Positions 32,962-46,287 of a stretch of DNA of 64,000 bases are shown in pieces. Position 1 is the stretch's first letter, and the number at the start of each line of letters is the position of its first letter. The position numbers and the translations under genes are program-made. The stretch lies in assembly GCF_009914755.1 (NCBI RefSeq), contig NC_060934.1. The stretch is one strand, 5' to 3'. The DNA is from the human T2T-CHM13v2.0 reference genome, Homo sapiens. The notes beneath the pieces were generated by a model. The model ran no database searches and was not told the origin of the DNA. It saw only the letters and a list, made by a program, of their open reading frames with translations.

Positions 32962-33258
32962 ATGCTGCGCCTATACCCAGGACCGATGGTAACTGAGGCG
33001 GAGGGGAAAGGAGGGCCTGAGATGGCAAGTCTGTCCTCCTCGGTGGTTCCTGTGTCCTTCATTTCCACTCTGCGAGAGTCTGTGCTGGACCCTGGAGTTG
33101 GTGGAGAAGGAGCCAGTGACAAGCAGAGGAGCAAACTGTCTTTATCACACTCCATGATCCCAGCTTCTAAAATCCACACTGAGCTCTGCTTACCAGCCTT
33201 CTTCTCTCCTGCTGGAACCCAGAGGAGGTTCCAGCAGCCTCAGCACCACCTGACACTG
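32962..33258 (+). CDS. ARMS2: ARMS2 exon 1 coding part (aa 1-99), Ser69 allele
   Basis: MLRLYPGPMVTEAEGKGGPEMASLSSS...MIPASKIHTE...QHHLTL recognised; CTG|GTAAGA donor; codon 69 is TCT at 33166-33168; codon 38 is CGA (no R38X). Confidence 0.97.
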
Positions 33259-33390
33259 GTAAGAAATGCAGATGATCAGGCCTTACCCCAGACCTATTGA
33301 ATCAGAAATTCTGGAGTGGTGTGCCCTGCAGCTTGCATTTTAACCAGCCTTCAGGTGCTTCTGATGCATGCTCAGGTTTGAGCACCACTG
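33215..33390 (+). mobile_element. MER5A overlapping the end of ARMS2 exon 1 and its splice donor
   Basis: CCAGCAGCCTCAGCACCACCTG...AGAAATGCA...CCCCAGACCTATTGAATCAGAAA...GTTTGAGCACCACTG aligns by eye to the MER5A at 19249. Confidence 0.8.
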
Positions 33391-34609
33391 GCCACAGGGA
33401 GGCCTAGGCAATTCAGCCTTCCTCTGGTTGAATAGCTGGAGAATTGGGAATATCAGTAAATACTTCCAATGCACCTGCTACATGCCAGAAAAAGGAAACA
33501 AGAAGACGCAGTAGGTCTGAGAAAGTGATGGGGTGAGCAGAAACCCAAAGCTTATAGAAGGCCATCTGAGTGGCCCCTCAAGCCGGTGAATTGGCTTTAG
33601 GGTTTACTGAAGGAGGTGGAAACCTCAGCCTGCTTCTCGTCCGGGTTGTTAGAGGAGTCATTTAGAAAGCTGTACCATTCTTTCAATATTCTCACTGCTT
33701 TCCAGTGCTCATTTTTCCTGCTCATTTATGGATTAAAAAAAATGCCTTGGCTGTATGTGTAAGAAAACAACAATGCAAGTTTGTAGAGAAAGAATCTGGG
33801 CCTTACAGGTCACGTTGGTTTAAAATTTAGACATCAAGCAGCTTAGAGACCATGTTGCCAAATAAGCTTAGTAAATGCTTTCTAATGCTTACGGAACTGT
33901 GGCGCTTTGTGCTTGCCGTAGTATATATAACTAGACAAATGAGAGAACACAAAGGTTGAACCCCTTCCCTCTCTTAATTTTTGTTTTTTACAAGCAGATT
34001 TAAAATTCTGGCTCATAATGTCCTTGATTCAATGGTAAACCATTTTGCCTAAATGGCAGCATGTTCTAAATGTGAGCGCGCTCAGCTTTTCAAGCTGCTC
34101 CCGAGTGACAGAAATTGACAAGCTGTCATTCAAGACCTTTTGGTGGCTGCCTGGGGCTCTGTTTGAATTGTATCTGTCTGATACTTTACCATGGAGAGTG
34201 AAAAATTTGATCACATGCCATGCTTTTAATTTTCTAAAGCAAATATGTTGGAAGGAGCCAATTAATGCAAAGATGGACTGCTGGCCTCATGCAACTGATT
34301 TAGGGGAAGGGTTCGCCTAAATTAATAAAAGATCTGAATTATAGATCTTAACAAATACATAGAATGTAAAGGCTTAAAAGGAAACTGAGCAGCAGCAGGC
34401 CTGGGGTTGGCTTTTAAGTATCTATATTTAACTAATAGACATGAATGTTTTGATTTGATATTAGAAATGCTAGTGCTGGAGTCTCTGAGCCTACTCTGGC
34501 TCGAGAGGATGCCCTATCTAAAAAACAAAAAACAAAAAAAAAAAAGAAAAAAGAAAAAAAGAAATGCTGGTATTGTAATTCTAAAGTGCTTCAGAAATTC
34601 TCAAAAATA

Positions 34610-34905
<296 letters not shown>

Positions 34906-35143
34906 GTTCTCAAAAGTATTTTGAACTTCCTCACCTTTGTCCTATTTTGGAAGGAGGGGGTCTACATTGAAGAGATCATACAGAAATAAATTAATTGTTA
35001 CAAAAGGAATGGAATGTCTATACTTCTTACCCTATTGAGTTACATTAACTGCATCTTCAACTTAATTTAAAGTGCTCCTCAACCTAAAATATCGTCATGT
35101 GTCTATTTAAAAATGCATATTACTAAATCTATTTTTTTTTCAG

Positions 35144-35170
35144 TCTATCATCCACACTGCAGCAAGGTGA
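35144..35170 (+). CDS. ARMS2: ARMS2 exon 2 coding part SIIHTAAR* (107 aa total)
   Basis: T9-CAG acceptor ending 35143; TGA at 35168-35170. Confidence 0.95.
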   Translation, partial: SIIHTAAR

Positions 35171-35541
35171 TTCTGCCAAAACATATCTCCTTAAAAGCCA
35201 ACTGGAGCTTCTCATCAGCATCAATGTGAAGCCAAAAATCCTTAGGAGGACAGAGGGAGTCCCTCACAACCTAGACTGGTCCCCTTCCCTCCAGCTGCCT
35301 CAACTGTCCACAGGACTCTCTTCCCACCTGCGGCCACACTGTGCAACCTGGAATTTCCCCACCTGGGCGGACTCATCACGTCATCACCAATTGGATGCAT
35401 CTTCTGCTCTGTGCAGCTGGTGAAATCTTTCTCAACCCTTGAGATGCAGCCCAATCTTCTCCTAACATCTGGATTCCTCTCTGTCACTGCATTCCCTCCT
35501 GTCATCCTGCCTTTGTTTTCTTGCCCTCCTTTCTCTCCCGG

Positions 35542-35595
35542 TTATTAATTAATTAACTAAAATTAAATTATTTAGTTAATTTAATTAACTAAACT
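35542..35595 (+). other. ARMS2: ARMS2 3'UTR complex indel (del443ins54): 54-nt AT-rich inserted segment
   Basis: Starts exactly 372 nt after the stop; 54 nt nearly pure A/T with ATTTA at 35570-35574 and 35579-35583, abrupt composition change on both sides. Confidence 0.93.
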
Positions 35596-36849
35596 AATGG
35601 GTGAGTAGGGATGGATTACACCACCCTGGATCTAGAGGACAACCTGGCTTGAGGGGCATGGGGGACGCTGGAAGTCAGGGTAAGAAGCTTGGACTTCATT
35701 CTACTGGCATGGAGAGCCCCTGGAAACTACTGAGCAGTAGAGGGATAGGCTAAGCTTATAGGAGGAGCCAAAATTATTACTGTAGCTCCTTAGATCTTAG
35801 ATCCTGTGACTTAGGAAAGGCAATAGGAGCCCCTGAGCATTCTGGGTCCTTTGTACATTTGGGAGAACAGAGGCCCGGAGTGGGAAATCGTCCTCCTGGG
35901 CAGCACAAACATGGCTGCTCCATTCCTATTCAGAAGCCTCGTTTCCTGATTAAGGCTCTGGCAGCTGTGGTGTTTCATTGTTCATTATTCATGAATAGAC
36001 TTGGCCCTGTTCAAAACTAAAGCTTCAATGCTGCAAATGAGGGCTGCAGAGAGGATGTTGGGGAACTCGTCTGTTTGGCTTCAAAACTGCCCCCCTTTCC
36101 TCTGGAAAAATCCTCTCTAGAATACCGTGCCAAGGCCTGGTGAGTGAGAAATGAGTTTTCATGATGTATCAAAAGAAAAATGCTTCTTTTAAGAAAACGT
36201 CTTTATAAATGGCAGCAGATGGGGAAGAATCTAAAAGAGAGAAAGAGCAACGCTTGCAGGTTGAAAGCATTACCTCCAGATATGGAGACGTTAGGACTAA
36301 GGGAAGGTCAGAGATGGGCCCACGAGGCCAGGTTTCAATGGACTTACCATTTCCTTCTTCGTGCATCCACTGATGGACACACGTAGGCACACGCACCAAC
36401 AGCCTCCCATGTGGACAGTCCAGGGTGCCCAGAACCCTTCCAGCAAGACTTTGATTTCTGTTTCGAAGGATTTCTTGAGGCCCCTCTGTAGAGCTGCTTG
36501 TCTTCTTCATAACCGGTGCCTGGGTCAGAGCAGGTGGGGTGAGCTGCACTCACAGCTGGGAGGTGAGTCTGTGATCTCATTGTGCAGTGGCCCTGCCAGG
36601 TTGCTCTTTCTAAAACCTTGGGTATTGCAAATTCTGCTTCTTAGGGACCGCTTGGTCCCCCAGTCCTCCCCCTGCTGACTCCCTTCCTGATGAAGCCACC
36701 AGCATGGCTCTCAGGGTAGTGCTGTCTTCCTTCTCTAGAACAGCCACGTGGCCCCAGGGCTGGCACTTACTGGTCACCGTGGTTACAGACGCCTCTTCTA
36801 GGCTGTGAACTGTCACAGGAGTGGGTCCACTTCGGCCGACACTTCCTCA

Positions 36850-37533
36850 GGGGTATTAAGTAGCTGGGGGTCCCCCTGAGTCTCCATCACCCTCTTACCC
36901 ATTCTCCACCCCCTCCCCCACCACACATACACTCTACTCCCCCAGTGCTGAATAACTTGCCAAAGCACTGTGCTGGCACTGGGGCATGGTAAAGAAGACG
37001 GGGCCTCTGCCCTAGGGAGGAGGTGATGAGGGCAGGAATAGCAGCACAGAGGGTGAGAGGCAGAGACAATGGCACTGAGTGGGGGCACGAGGATGGAAGA
37101 GGAGCATGCTAGATGGGACGATGGGACCCAGCACTGACCAAATAGAAGCTTGTGGGTGGCACATCAGTCACTCCAGGGACATATGTGGTCACTGCCATTT
37201 TCCTAATGAAACTCCTCCAGTTATTAAACAAAGGCCCAGAGTCACAGACTTAAGGACCAGAAGTGGGATTTGAACCCAAGTCCCCCAGATGACAGGGCTC
37301 CCACGTGCTTCTCTAGGTCACATGAGCCCACGCTGGAGGGGAGGAGGGGTGTTTCAAGAAGAGGGGAGATGTGGGCAAAGAAAGGCACAGAGACCGTAAG
37401 CAGACAGGTGTGTTCCAGAAAATGCAAGTTATTTGGCACTGGGGGAGCAGAATGTATATGTGGTGGGGGAGGGGTGGAAAATGGGTGAGAGGGTGGTGGA
37501 GACTCAGTGGGATCCCCAGCTACTTAATTCCCC
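36850..37533. repeat. Inverted repeat, arms 36850-36960 and 37424-37533 (~89% identical), 463-nt spacer
   Basis: Manual alignment: 11 mismatches and 1 gap in 111 nt; also visible as near-identical peptides in ORFs 36813(-), 37371(+) and 37433(+). Confidence 0.92.
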
Positions 37534-38839
37534 AACAGGGAAAGAGCCTAGAAACTCCCTCCACCTCCCGCAAAGCAGTGGGGAAGTTGCGGCCACACTG
37601 TTTTCGGTCCGGTCATTCCCTCTGCAGTCTGGCTGCTCAGGGGGATGGAGGAGGATGGGGCTTGCAGGCAGGCACAGCCGGTTTGGAAGGTGTCCTGGCT
37701 CCAGCACTCAACTTGTGGCATGACACTCAGGGGAGTCACCCTTTCTGGCCCTCAGTTTTCTCCTCTGTAAAATAAGGAAATTCGACAAAAATAAGTTATC
37801 ACCAATTTATTCACCACCACGTGTCCTTTTAATTCCATCTGCCCCAGGACTGCAGTGGGGAGTCTTTCTTTGCCGATGGACTTCGAAAATCATCACCCCC
37901 CGCATTTTTTGTGGTTAACCACAGCTAGCCAGGAACTCAGGGCTTCTCATCAGCAGAGGCCTCTGCCTCTCCAGTATCCAGGGCCGAATGGATTTTGGGT
38001 CAAGGCCTCCCTCCCGCAGCCAGGAGGCCCTGGCTTTATGGAATATCGCTTGGAGTCCAGGGAGTCAGCATGGGGACCCCGACAGCTTTCCCATGCCCCA
38101 GGCTCCTGGGCCTTTCTGGGGGACCCCTCTGGACCTTGGGCATTAACAAGGTTCATATTTGGAAGGTGCTTTGAGGGGGCTTATAGGTATTTGGAGTTTA
38201 CTTTTTAAACTATTTGTATTGGAAAAATAACGTGTGCACAAGGGAACAACCCAAATACAGAAGAATATTAAAATCCCCAAGCCCCCAGCCCCCTCCCATG
38301 CTACTCTATCCCAAAGTCAGCTCTGCCGGCTCACCCAACCCTGGGTGCCTCTGCCCAGGGTGGGGGTGGAGGTTTGAGGGTTCGGGATGAGGGCTGGGCG
38401 AAGGGCCTCCTCTCAGGTCCTTGGACACGAGCTGTGCCCATCTGCTCAGTGTGGACCCAGGACTACTGCCCACAGGCCTGGTGCTGCCTGGGCACCCAGA
38501 CCCACCTCCAGGGTCGCCCTCAGCCCTCCTGATGACTCTCGGACTCGCATCTGTCCCAACGGATGCACCAAAGATTCTCCAGTGGGAAATCAAATTTTTG
38601 ATAACAAGTGTTTTGAAATAATCACGCACTTGGTGAAAAATCAAAAGAGGGGAAAACCCCTTTCCCATCTGAGACCGCTCCACCCTCGCCAGTTACGAGC
38701 TGCCGAGCCGCTTCCTAGGCTCTCTGCGAATACGGACACGCATGCCACCCACAACAACTTTTTAAAAGAATCAGACGTGTGAAGGATTCTATTCGAATTA
38801 CTTCTGCTCTCTGCTTTTATCACTTCACTGTGGGTCTGG

Positions 38840-40300
<1,461 letters not shown>

Positions 40301-41359
40301 AGGAATGGGGGCATAAAGGAAGGAGAGAAGTTCAGGACTGGGAATTGGCGCCTCGCAGAGCGGCTTCAGGACCACAAGAAGTCATTTCGGTTGCTTTTTC
40401 TTCTATTTACGTCCTCCGTCCCCTTTAAAATTCACTGCTTTGATCACGGGACCGCTCAGTGAAAACTGTATGTAACTCTTTTGGAAAGGAACAGTGTTTG
40501 CCGGCCCGCCCCGGAGTTTCTCCAAAAAGTCTACCCCGAGCAGGGAACGGTTTGGCACCGCTCTCGTTTCGGCGGCGTTGCTGCCTGTCTTGCTTTCCTC
40601 GTTTTGAGCCAGCCCTACAAAAATGAAAGTGGCTCCTTTTGAATAAGCTGAATCGGGCTTTGGATCACGAAATCTGCAGAGGCGGAGAAGGGACCGGGTT
40701 AGTGATGAGGAAGAAGTCTACCCCTCTGTTCCTACAGCCGCACACAGGACCTGTTCTGGCAGGGGAGACGGTGGTGATGGGGGAAGGAGTGGAATGGAGC
40801 AATGTCTAACTCTCTCGCGGGACCTTCCGGAGAGATGCTCCTCATCTTCAGGCAGAGGCCATGTGGAAAAATAATATCGAGTTCAGCAGCGGCCAGCCCC
40901 GCGTTGTAGGAACCAGACAGCGGGGCTTGGCAGTGCGCTTGGGCGCAGCCGTGCCGCTGCTGCCGGACCCCAGTGCTGCCTCCTCAACACGGGCAGTGCC
41001 AGGAGAGGGGCATAGGGGAGCACAGTGCAGAGGGACTGGTCTAGAGTTTACTTTATAGGAATATGGTTCGGTGTGACCAACTAGGGCTTAGCATAGTTTG
41101 GCTTACGTGGACGGGAAGATGCCAGAGCCGAACTGGGTGAAATTCGAGATTGCGTATTTCACCAACACAGGAGCACAGCCCTCGGGAAACTCAGCCTAGT
41201 CAGGCAGTAGAGAGTTGTCCCGGAGAGAAGTGATCCTGCAGACTCGAGAAGGGGCATGATGATAGCACACGTCTGTTGAGCACCCAGTCTGTGTGCCGGG
41301 TGTGTTACCTCTGTGACCTCATTTGGTCAAACGAGGAGGCAGTTGCTCCTCTCTCTCTC

Positions 41360-41630
41360 TTTTTTTTTCTTAAGAGACAGGGTCTCCCTCTGTCGCCCAA
41401 GCTGGAGTGTAGTGGTGTGATCATGGCTCACTGCAGCCTCCGACCCCTGGGCTCAATGATTCTCCTGCTTCAGCCTCCCAAGTGGCTGGGACTACAGGCG
41501 GATGCCACCACACCCAGCTTCTCATTCCCGTTTTACAGATAGCGGAGCTAAGGTTGAAAAACTTGCCCAAGGTCATTCAGCTGGAATTTAAACCCAGACA
41601 GCCTCATTCAGAGGAGTCAGCCCAGCACTT
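41360..41630 (-). mobile_element. Alu right monomer (41360-41518) followed by a MIR fragment
   Basis: Reverse Alu text then CCCGTTTTACAGATAGCGGAGCTAAGG...ACTTGCCCAAGGTCA MIR core. Confidence 0.8.
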
Positions 41631-44019
41631 AACTCCAAGGGTGTGGGAGAGGGGTCAGGTGCTGTAAATTTCCTGGTGGGCTGGACGTGCATCCCCCTCA
41701 GAGCTGGGAACAGCATACACAAAGCCTAAGACTTGTTTGGAGGTGAATAGATCAGTGTGGCTGGGGAACGTTTTGGGAGGGCAGCAGGAGTGAGCCAGGC
41801 TGGTGGCCCAGAGTCCCAGGGCTGAAGAGGCTGGCTGTGCCCCGTGCCCTGTGCGCAGATGTTCTTGAACTGGAGCAACTCAAAGCCTAGTGTAGTGTAG
41901 GGCTGACCTAGCAGTGGAGTGCGGAATGCATCCAGGGTGGAGAGTTTAGACTACTGCAATAATCTGGGTGTGAGGCGACAACATTGAAAAAGCATGTTTT
42001 TGTCCAAAACAAGCCAGCTGTTACTGGTCTCGCTGTTTGTGGTCTCATCGCACGGGGTCCTGAGTTGCTGGCACCATGCGAGCCGCCTAATTTATTGCTA
42101 GTGAGGCAAGTTGCTTAACAAGTTTTGGAGTTGGCTGAGTCCCTGTGTGGAGGAAAACAGGTCCCCCATTGGCCATCGGGCTCACAGCGGGCCCCCGGTG
42201 TACCAGTGAGGGGACAGCCACAGAGGGATAAGCATGGTGGCTTTGAAAGGAGGGAGAGACAGAGTGGGTACAATGCTTTTTTTATCCCTCCCTCCTTCTT
42301 TTGCAAATATTTATTGAGCTCTGTAGGGTGTCTGACACCGTTTGCATGTTTGTCTGTCTGGCACATCGGAGGTACTTGGTACGAGTGGATTAGTGAATGA
42401 ATAAATGAATGAATGAAGACAAACGGGAGGTGCTTGCGATACACAGCCATTCTGTTTTTCCTTAGTGGAAGGCACTGCTTTGCTGCGCCCCCTCTCTGGA
42501 TCTCACACTCCACCCTTGACTTTTCGGAGGTGTTTCCGAGGACAGGCGCCTGGGAGCCAGCAGACTTCATTCAGTCCAAGCCAGGCTCCAGGACTCAACA
42601 GCTGGTGCCCACGGGCAGGTCACTTGACGTCACTGTTAAATGAGGTGAATTGGCTGCCTGCTCTGGCTGGAAGATTGGCGGGAGAGTCACTTTAGCTGCC
42701 ATGGACATGAGCCTTTTCTAGGGGTGCCACTTGACTAGAGGCCTGGAGTTGGAGCAAGTCATACACGGATCTGGAGACAGAGCTCTCGAGGCAGGAGCGG
42801 GTGCTGCGATTTCAAATATTATAAGGTGGCTTTGTCTGGGGCAGAGCATGCCAGGGGATGAGAGGTAGAAATGTCATCAGATCAGGGGTCCCCAGGGAGG
42901 TGACTAGCACTTTGGGTCACAGTAGATCTTTGGATAGAGGAACATGTCACCATTCAAAGGAAAGCACTTTCATCTGTAAGCTGTTTATTGAATAGACCTC
43001 AGAGAACATCTCTGCTCACCGCTCTGGAAATGAAGGCAAATCATCTATTTCAGAAGTCAATGCACTGGCAGGGTTTGGATGGGAAAGTATACAATTCAGC
43101 TAGAGAACAAAGATCTGTCATCTCCAGCTGTACTGGTCAGATGATTACAAAAAAGAAAGGAATTGAAATACTAATAGGGTACTAATAATGAGGGCTAACA
43201 TATATGTTGTGCTTATTCTATGCCGGGTGCATACTAATTCATTTGATCCTCCGGACAGTCCTATGAGTGAGTGCTGTAGTCTTCCCTGGGTTACAGCTGG
43301 GCAGCTAAGTCACAGAGAAGTACCTTGCTCAGGACTGGTGGTCCCACACAACTGGATGGAGAGCCTCGTTCATAACCACCATGCTGTGCTGTTGACAGAG
43401 CAACAGAGATTTTAAACCAACCCCAGCTAAGCCCCAGCTAATAGCTGAAATAAACAGGGCTCCAGATGGCTGTGGCTTAGAGATGGAACAGGACAGATCA
43501 CAGCCTTCACTCTGCAGGCTCAGGAGCCTGAAGACAAGGTTGCCTCCAGTTGCCGTCAGTGCAGCCCTCACTAAAGAAAAGCAAAAAGAGCCGAGGGACT
43601 GTAGGAAGGCTGTTTCCAAGCCAGAGATCCAGACAAACTGCTCTTGAAGAGAGAAAGCCCTTCCAGATTCCCCCATGTCCCAAAAGACCAGCCGGGATTC
43701 CGGACCTCTGCTAAAACATGGACAAGAAGCCAGGAACGAGACCTGAAACAGACTTCCCAAACAGCAGAAGCCTCATCCATTTCTCCTGCTAGTACATCCT
43801 CCAGGAAAGCCCACCCTACTCCATGCAGCAGCCCAGACAAGCTTGGAGGTCTGCAAGCTGCAGGGGTGCCCAGAAACTCCACCCCTGGAGGTTTTTAGGA
43901 TCGCCTGCTCCTGGTCTCACCCCAGAGCCTCTAAAGGCAGAGGCTGTATGTACATACCTGGTGAAGAACCAAGGGCTTAGATGGTTGCTTTACTTCTTGG
44001 AGCCCTGGAATGTTTGTAA

Positions 44020-44320
<301 letters not shown>

Positions 44321-46255
44321 AAAATGTACTTTATTTAGGTGACTCTTTCGTGGGAACCTCAAACAAGCAATCATTGCTAGCTGAGTGCTGACCCTGTACT
44401 GAGCTCTGGGGAGACAGGGTTGAATAAAACAAAGTCACTGCCCACAGGTAACTTATATTCAATACAATGGGGGAAAATACAATCACTGCTTCCCTGGGGT
44501 TGTATTTTTCCATTGTTAAAGTGGGCAGTTTGCTCGAGAGTCATTTTCACTATTGGCAATTCAAATACACCTTTTGTCAGTTAAAAAACAAGTGTGCCAG
44601 GGACCTGAGCTTCATCTTAGGGCAGGGTGGGTGGAAACATTTGTGAGTCTCCAGCTTTTAGTCACCTGAAACTTGGAAACTTGGAGGTCTTTTGAGCAGT
44701 TTATGAGTCTCTGCCTGCTCTGGTCGGCTGCCTTCTTTTATTGCTCTGTTGGTTTTGCTAAAGAGTTAAAATATTAAGGCTTCATAAAATTAGGAAGTTA
44801 ACAAGCTCAAAAACCAAGTGTTTGAGTTACTTCATTCCACTGAGAGAGCTGTAAATGGGTTGCATTGGAACTTAAAATAACTGCATTGAGTAAGTGATGG
44901 TGGCGGGCACCATGAGCTAACTGTGGTCAGAAGCCTGATGGCCTCCGCTTTGGGGCTGGATTCTCCTTTTGGAGCTGTGTGATCCTGGATGAGTTTCATG
45001 CCTTGGATTCAGAAATCAGACTTTCCATGAGCTTATATTTCAAGTGAATAAATAGCTCTGGTCAGGCTTAATTTGAAGAAGAAGTAAGCTTGGCAGTGGG
45101 TGAGGGTTCCTTGGAAGGCCAACTGGGGCGGAGGGGCTGAGGGCAAGCGGCTCTGGCCCTTCCTGGGGTGTTACCTGACCAGGTAACAGCTCCCTCGACC
45201 TCTCGGAGCCTCGGCAGTGAGGGGATTGGGCCAGTTGATCTCTGAGGCTCCTTTTAACTAGAATGGTCTGGGATTTTTCTAAGAAAACAAGTCTTTGAGG
45301 AGGTTGTGGTCACCTCATTCCTAATTTAAAGCCTGGGGAGGCTTCCTTATGAGCTACTTCTTTTTCCTAAATTATTGATGGTTAAAGCCAAGGCTGGCAT
45401 CGAATAGATGTGATCCATCTTGAGCCTGGTTGCTTTGTGTTTCAGCTTTGTACTGGCTGCTGAAGTCCCCGGGAGACCACAGGGGTGACATGTTCATCTC
45501 CAAGAGATGAGCTTCCACGAGACTCATACCCCTTGCTCCTTCCCTGGGGCTCCAAGGCCTTTGGGTCATCTGAAGTGAGATACCCTTGTGTCATTTCATC
45601 TTTTCCTTCTCCACCTTCTCTGCCGTTAAAAAAAAAAGAAGAAAGAGAAAAATCCTATTAATAGAGAAACCGAGAAGTGTAGCCATTCTGAATGTGTTTC
45701 CAAAAGGCTCCTGGAAGTGGCATGGAAGTTACAGTGATTCAGCACTACTTGGTGACGTGTGCCTAGAACCACAGGGGGACATTAGCCAGGACAACACGCC
45801 TCAGGACAGAAGTAAGTGGCTGCGAAGAGGCATGTCCATCACTGCCGGAAAGATGCAGAGTTCAGTTTTTGGAGTCAGTGCTGAGAGTTCCATTTCTAAA
45901 TTCATTCAGAGCATTTATTTAACACCTACTGTGTGCTCAGAAGTGTATCAGGTATGGGGATTCAGAGGTAAGGGCTGGTGGCCCCTGATCTCAAGGTACT
46001 CGTGGTAGATAGTATGATGCTCAGCTTAAGGGCTGGGCTTCTGAAGTCGGATTGCCATTTTCTGGATGTGTGGTGTTTCTTGGGTGACTTCATCTCTAAG
46101 TCTCAGTTTCCCCATCAGTAAGATAAGAGAAGTAATAGCAGATACATACGTAGCTCTTAGGGCATTGCAGAATGGAAGGACCTCCTTATATGAAACGCAA
46201 AGCACTGTGCCTGATGCATTGCTAGAACTCAGGCAATATTAGCGTGTTGTCATTG

Positions 46256-46256
<1 letters not shown>

Positions 46257-46286
<30 letters not shown>
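46257..46286 (+). repeat. (CAT)10 microsatellite at the tail of a MIR (~46010-46250)
   Basis: Direct reading. Confidence 0.95.

Positions 46287-46287
<1 letters not shown>

Noticed and set aside
32932-33300. 122-aa ORF as a longer ARMS2
   Set aside because: Begins at TTG and runs past the exon 1 donor into MER5A; the real CDS starts at 32962 and splices
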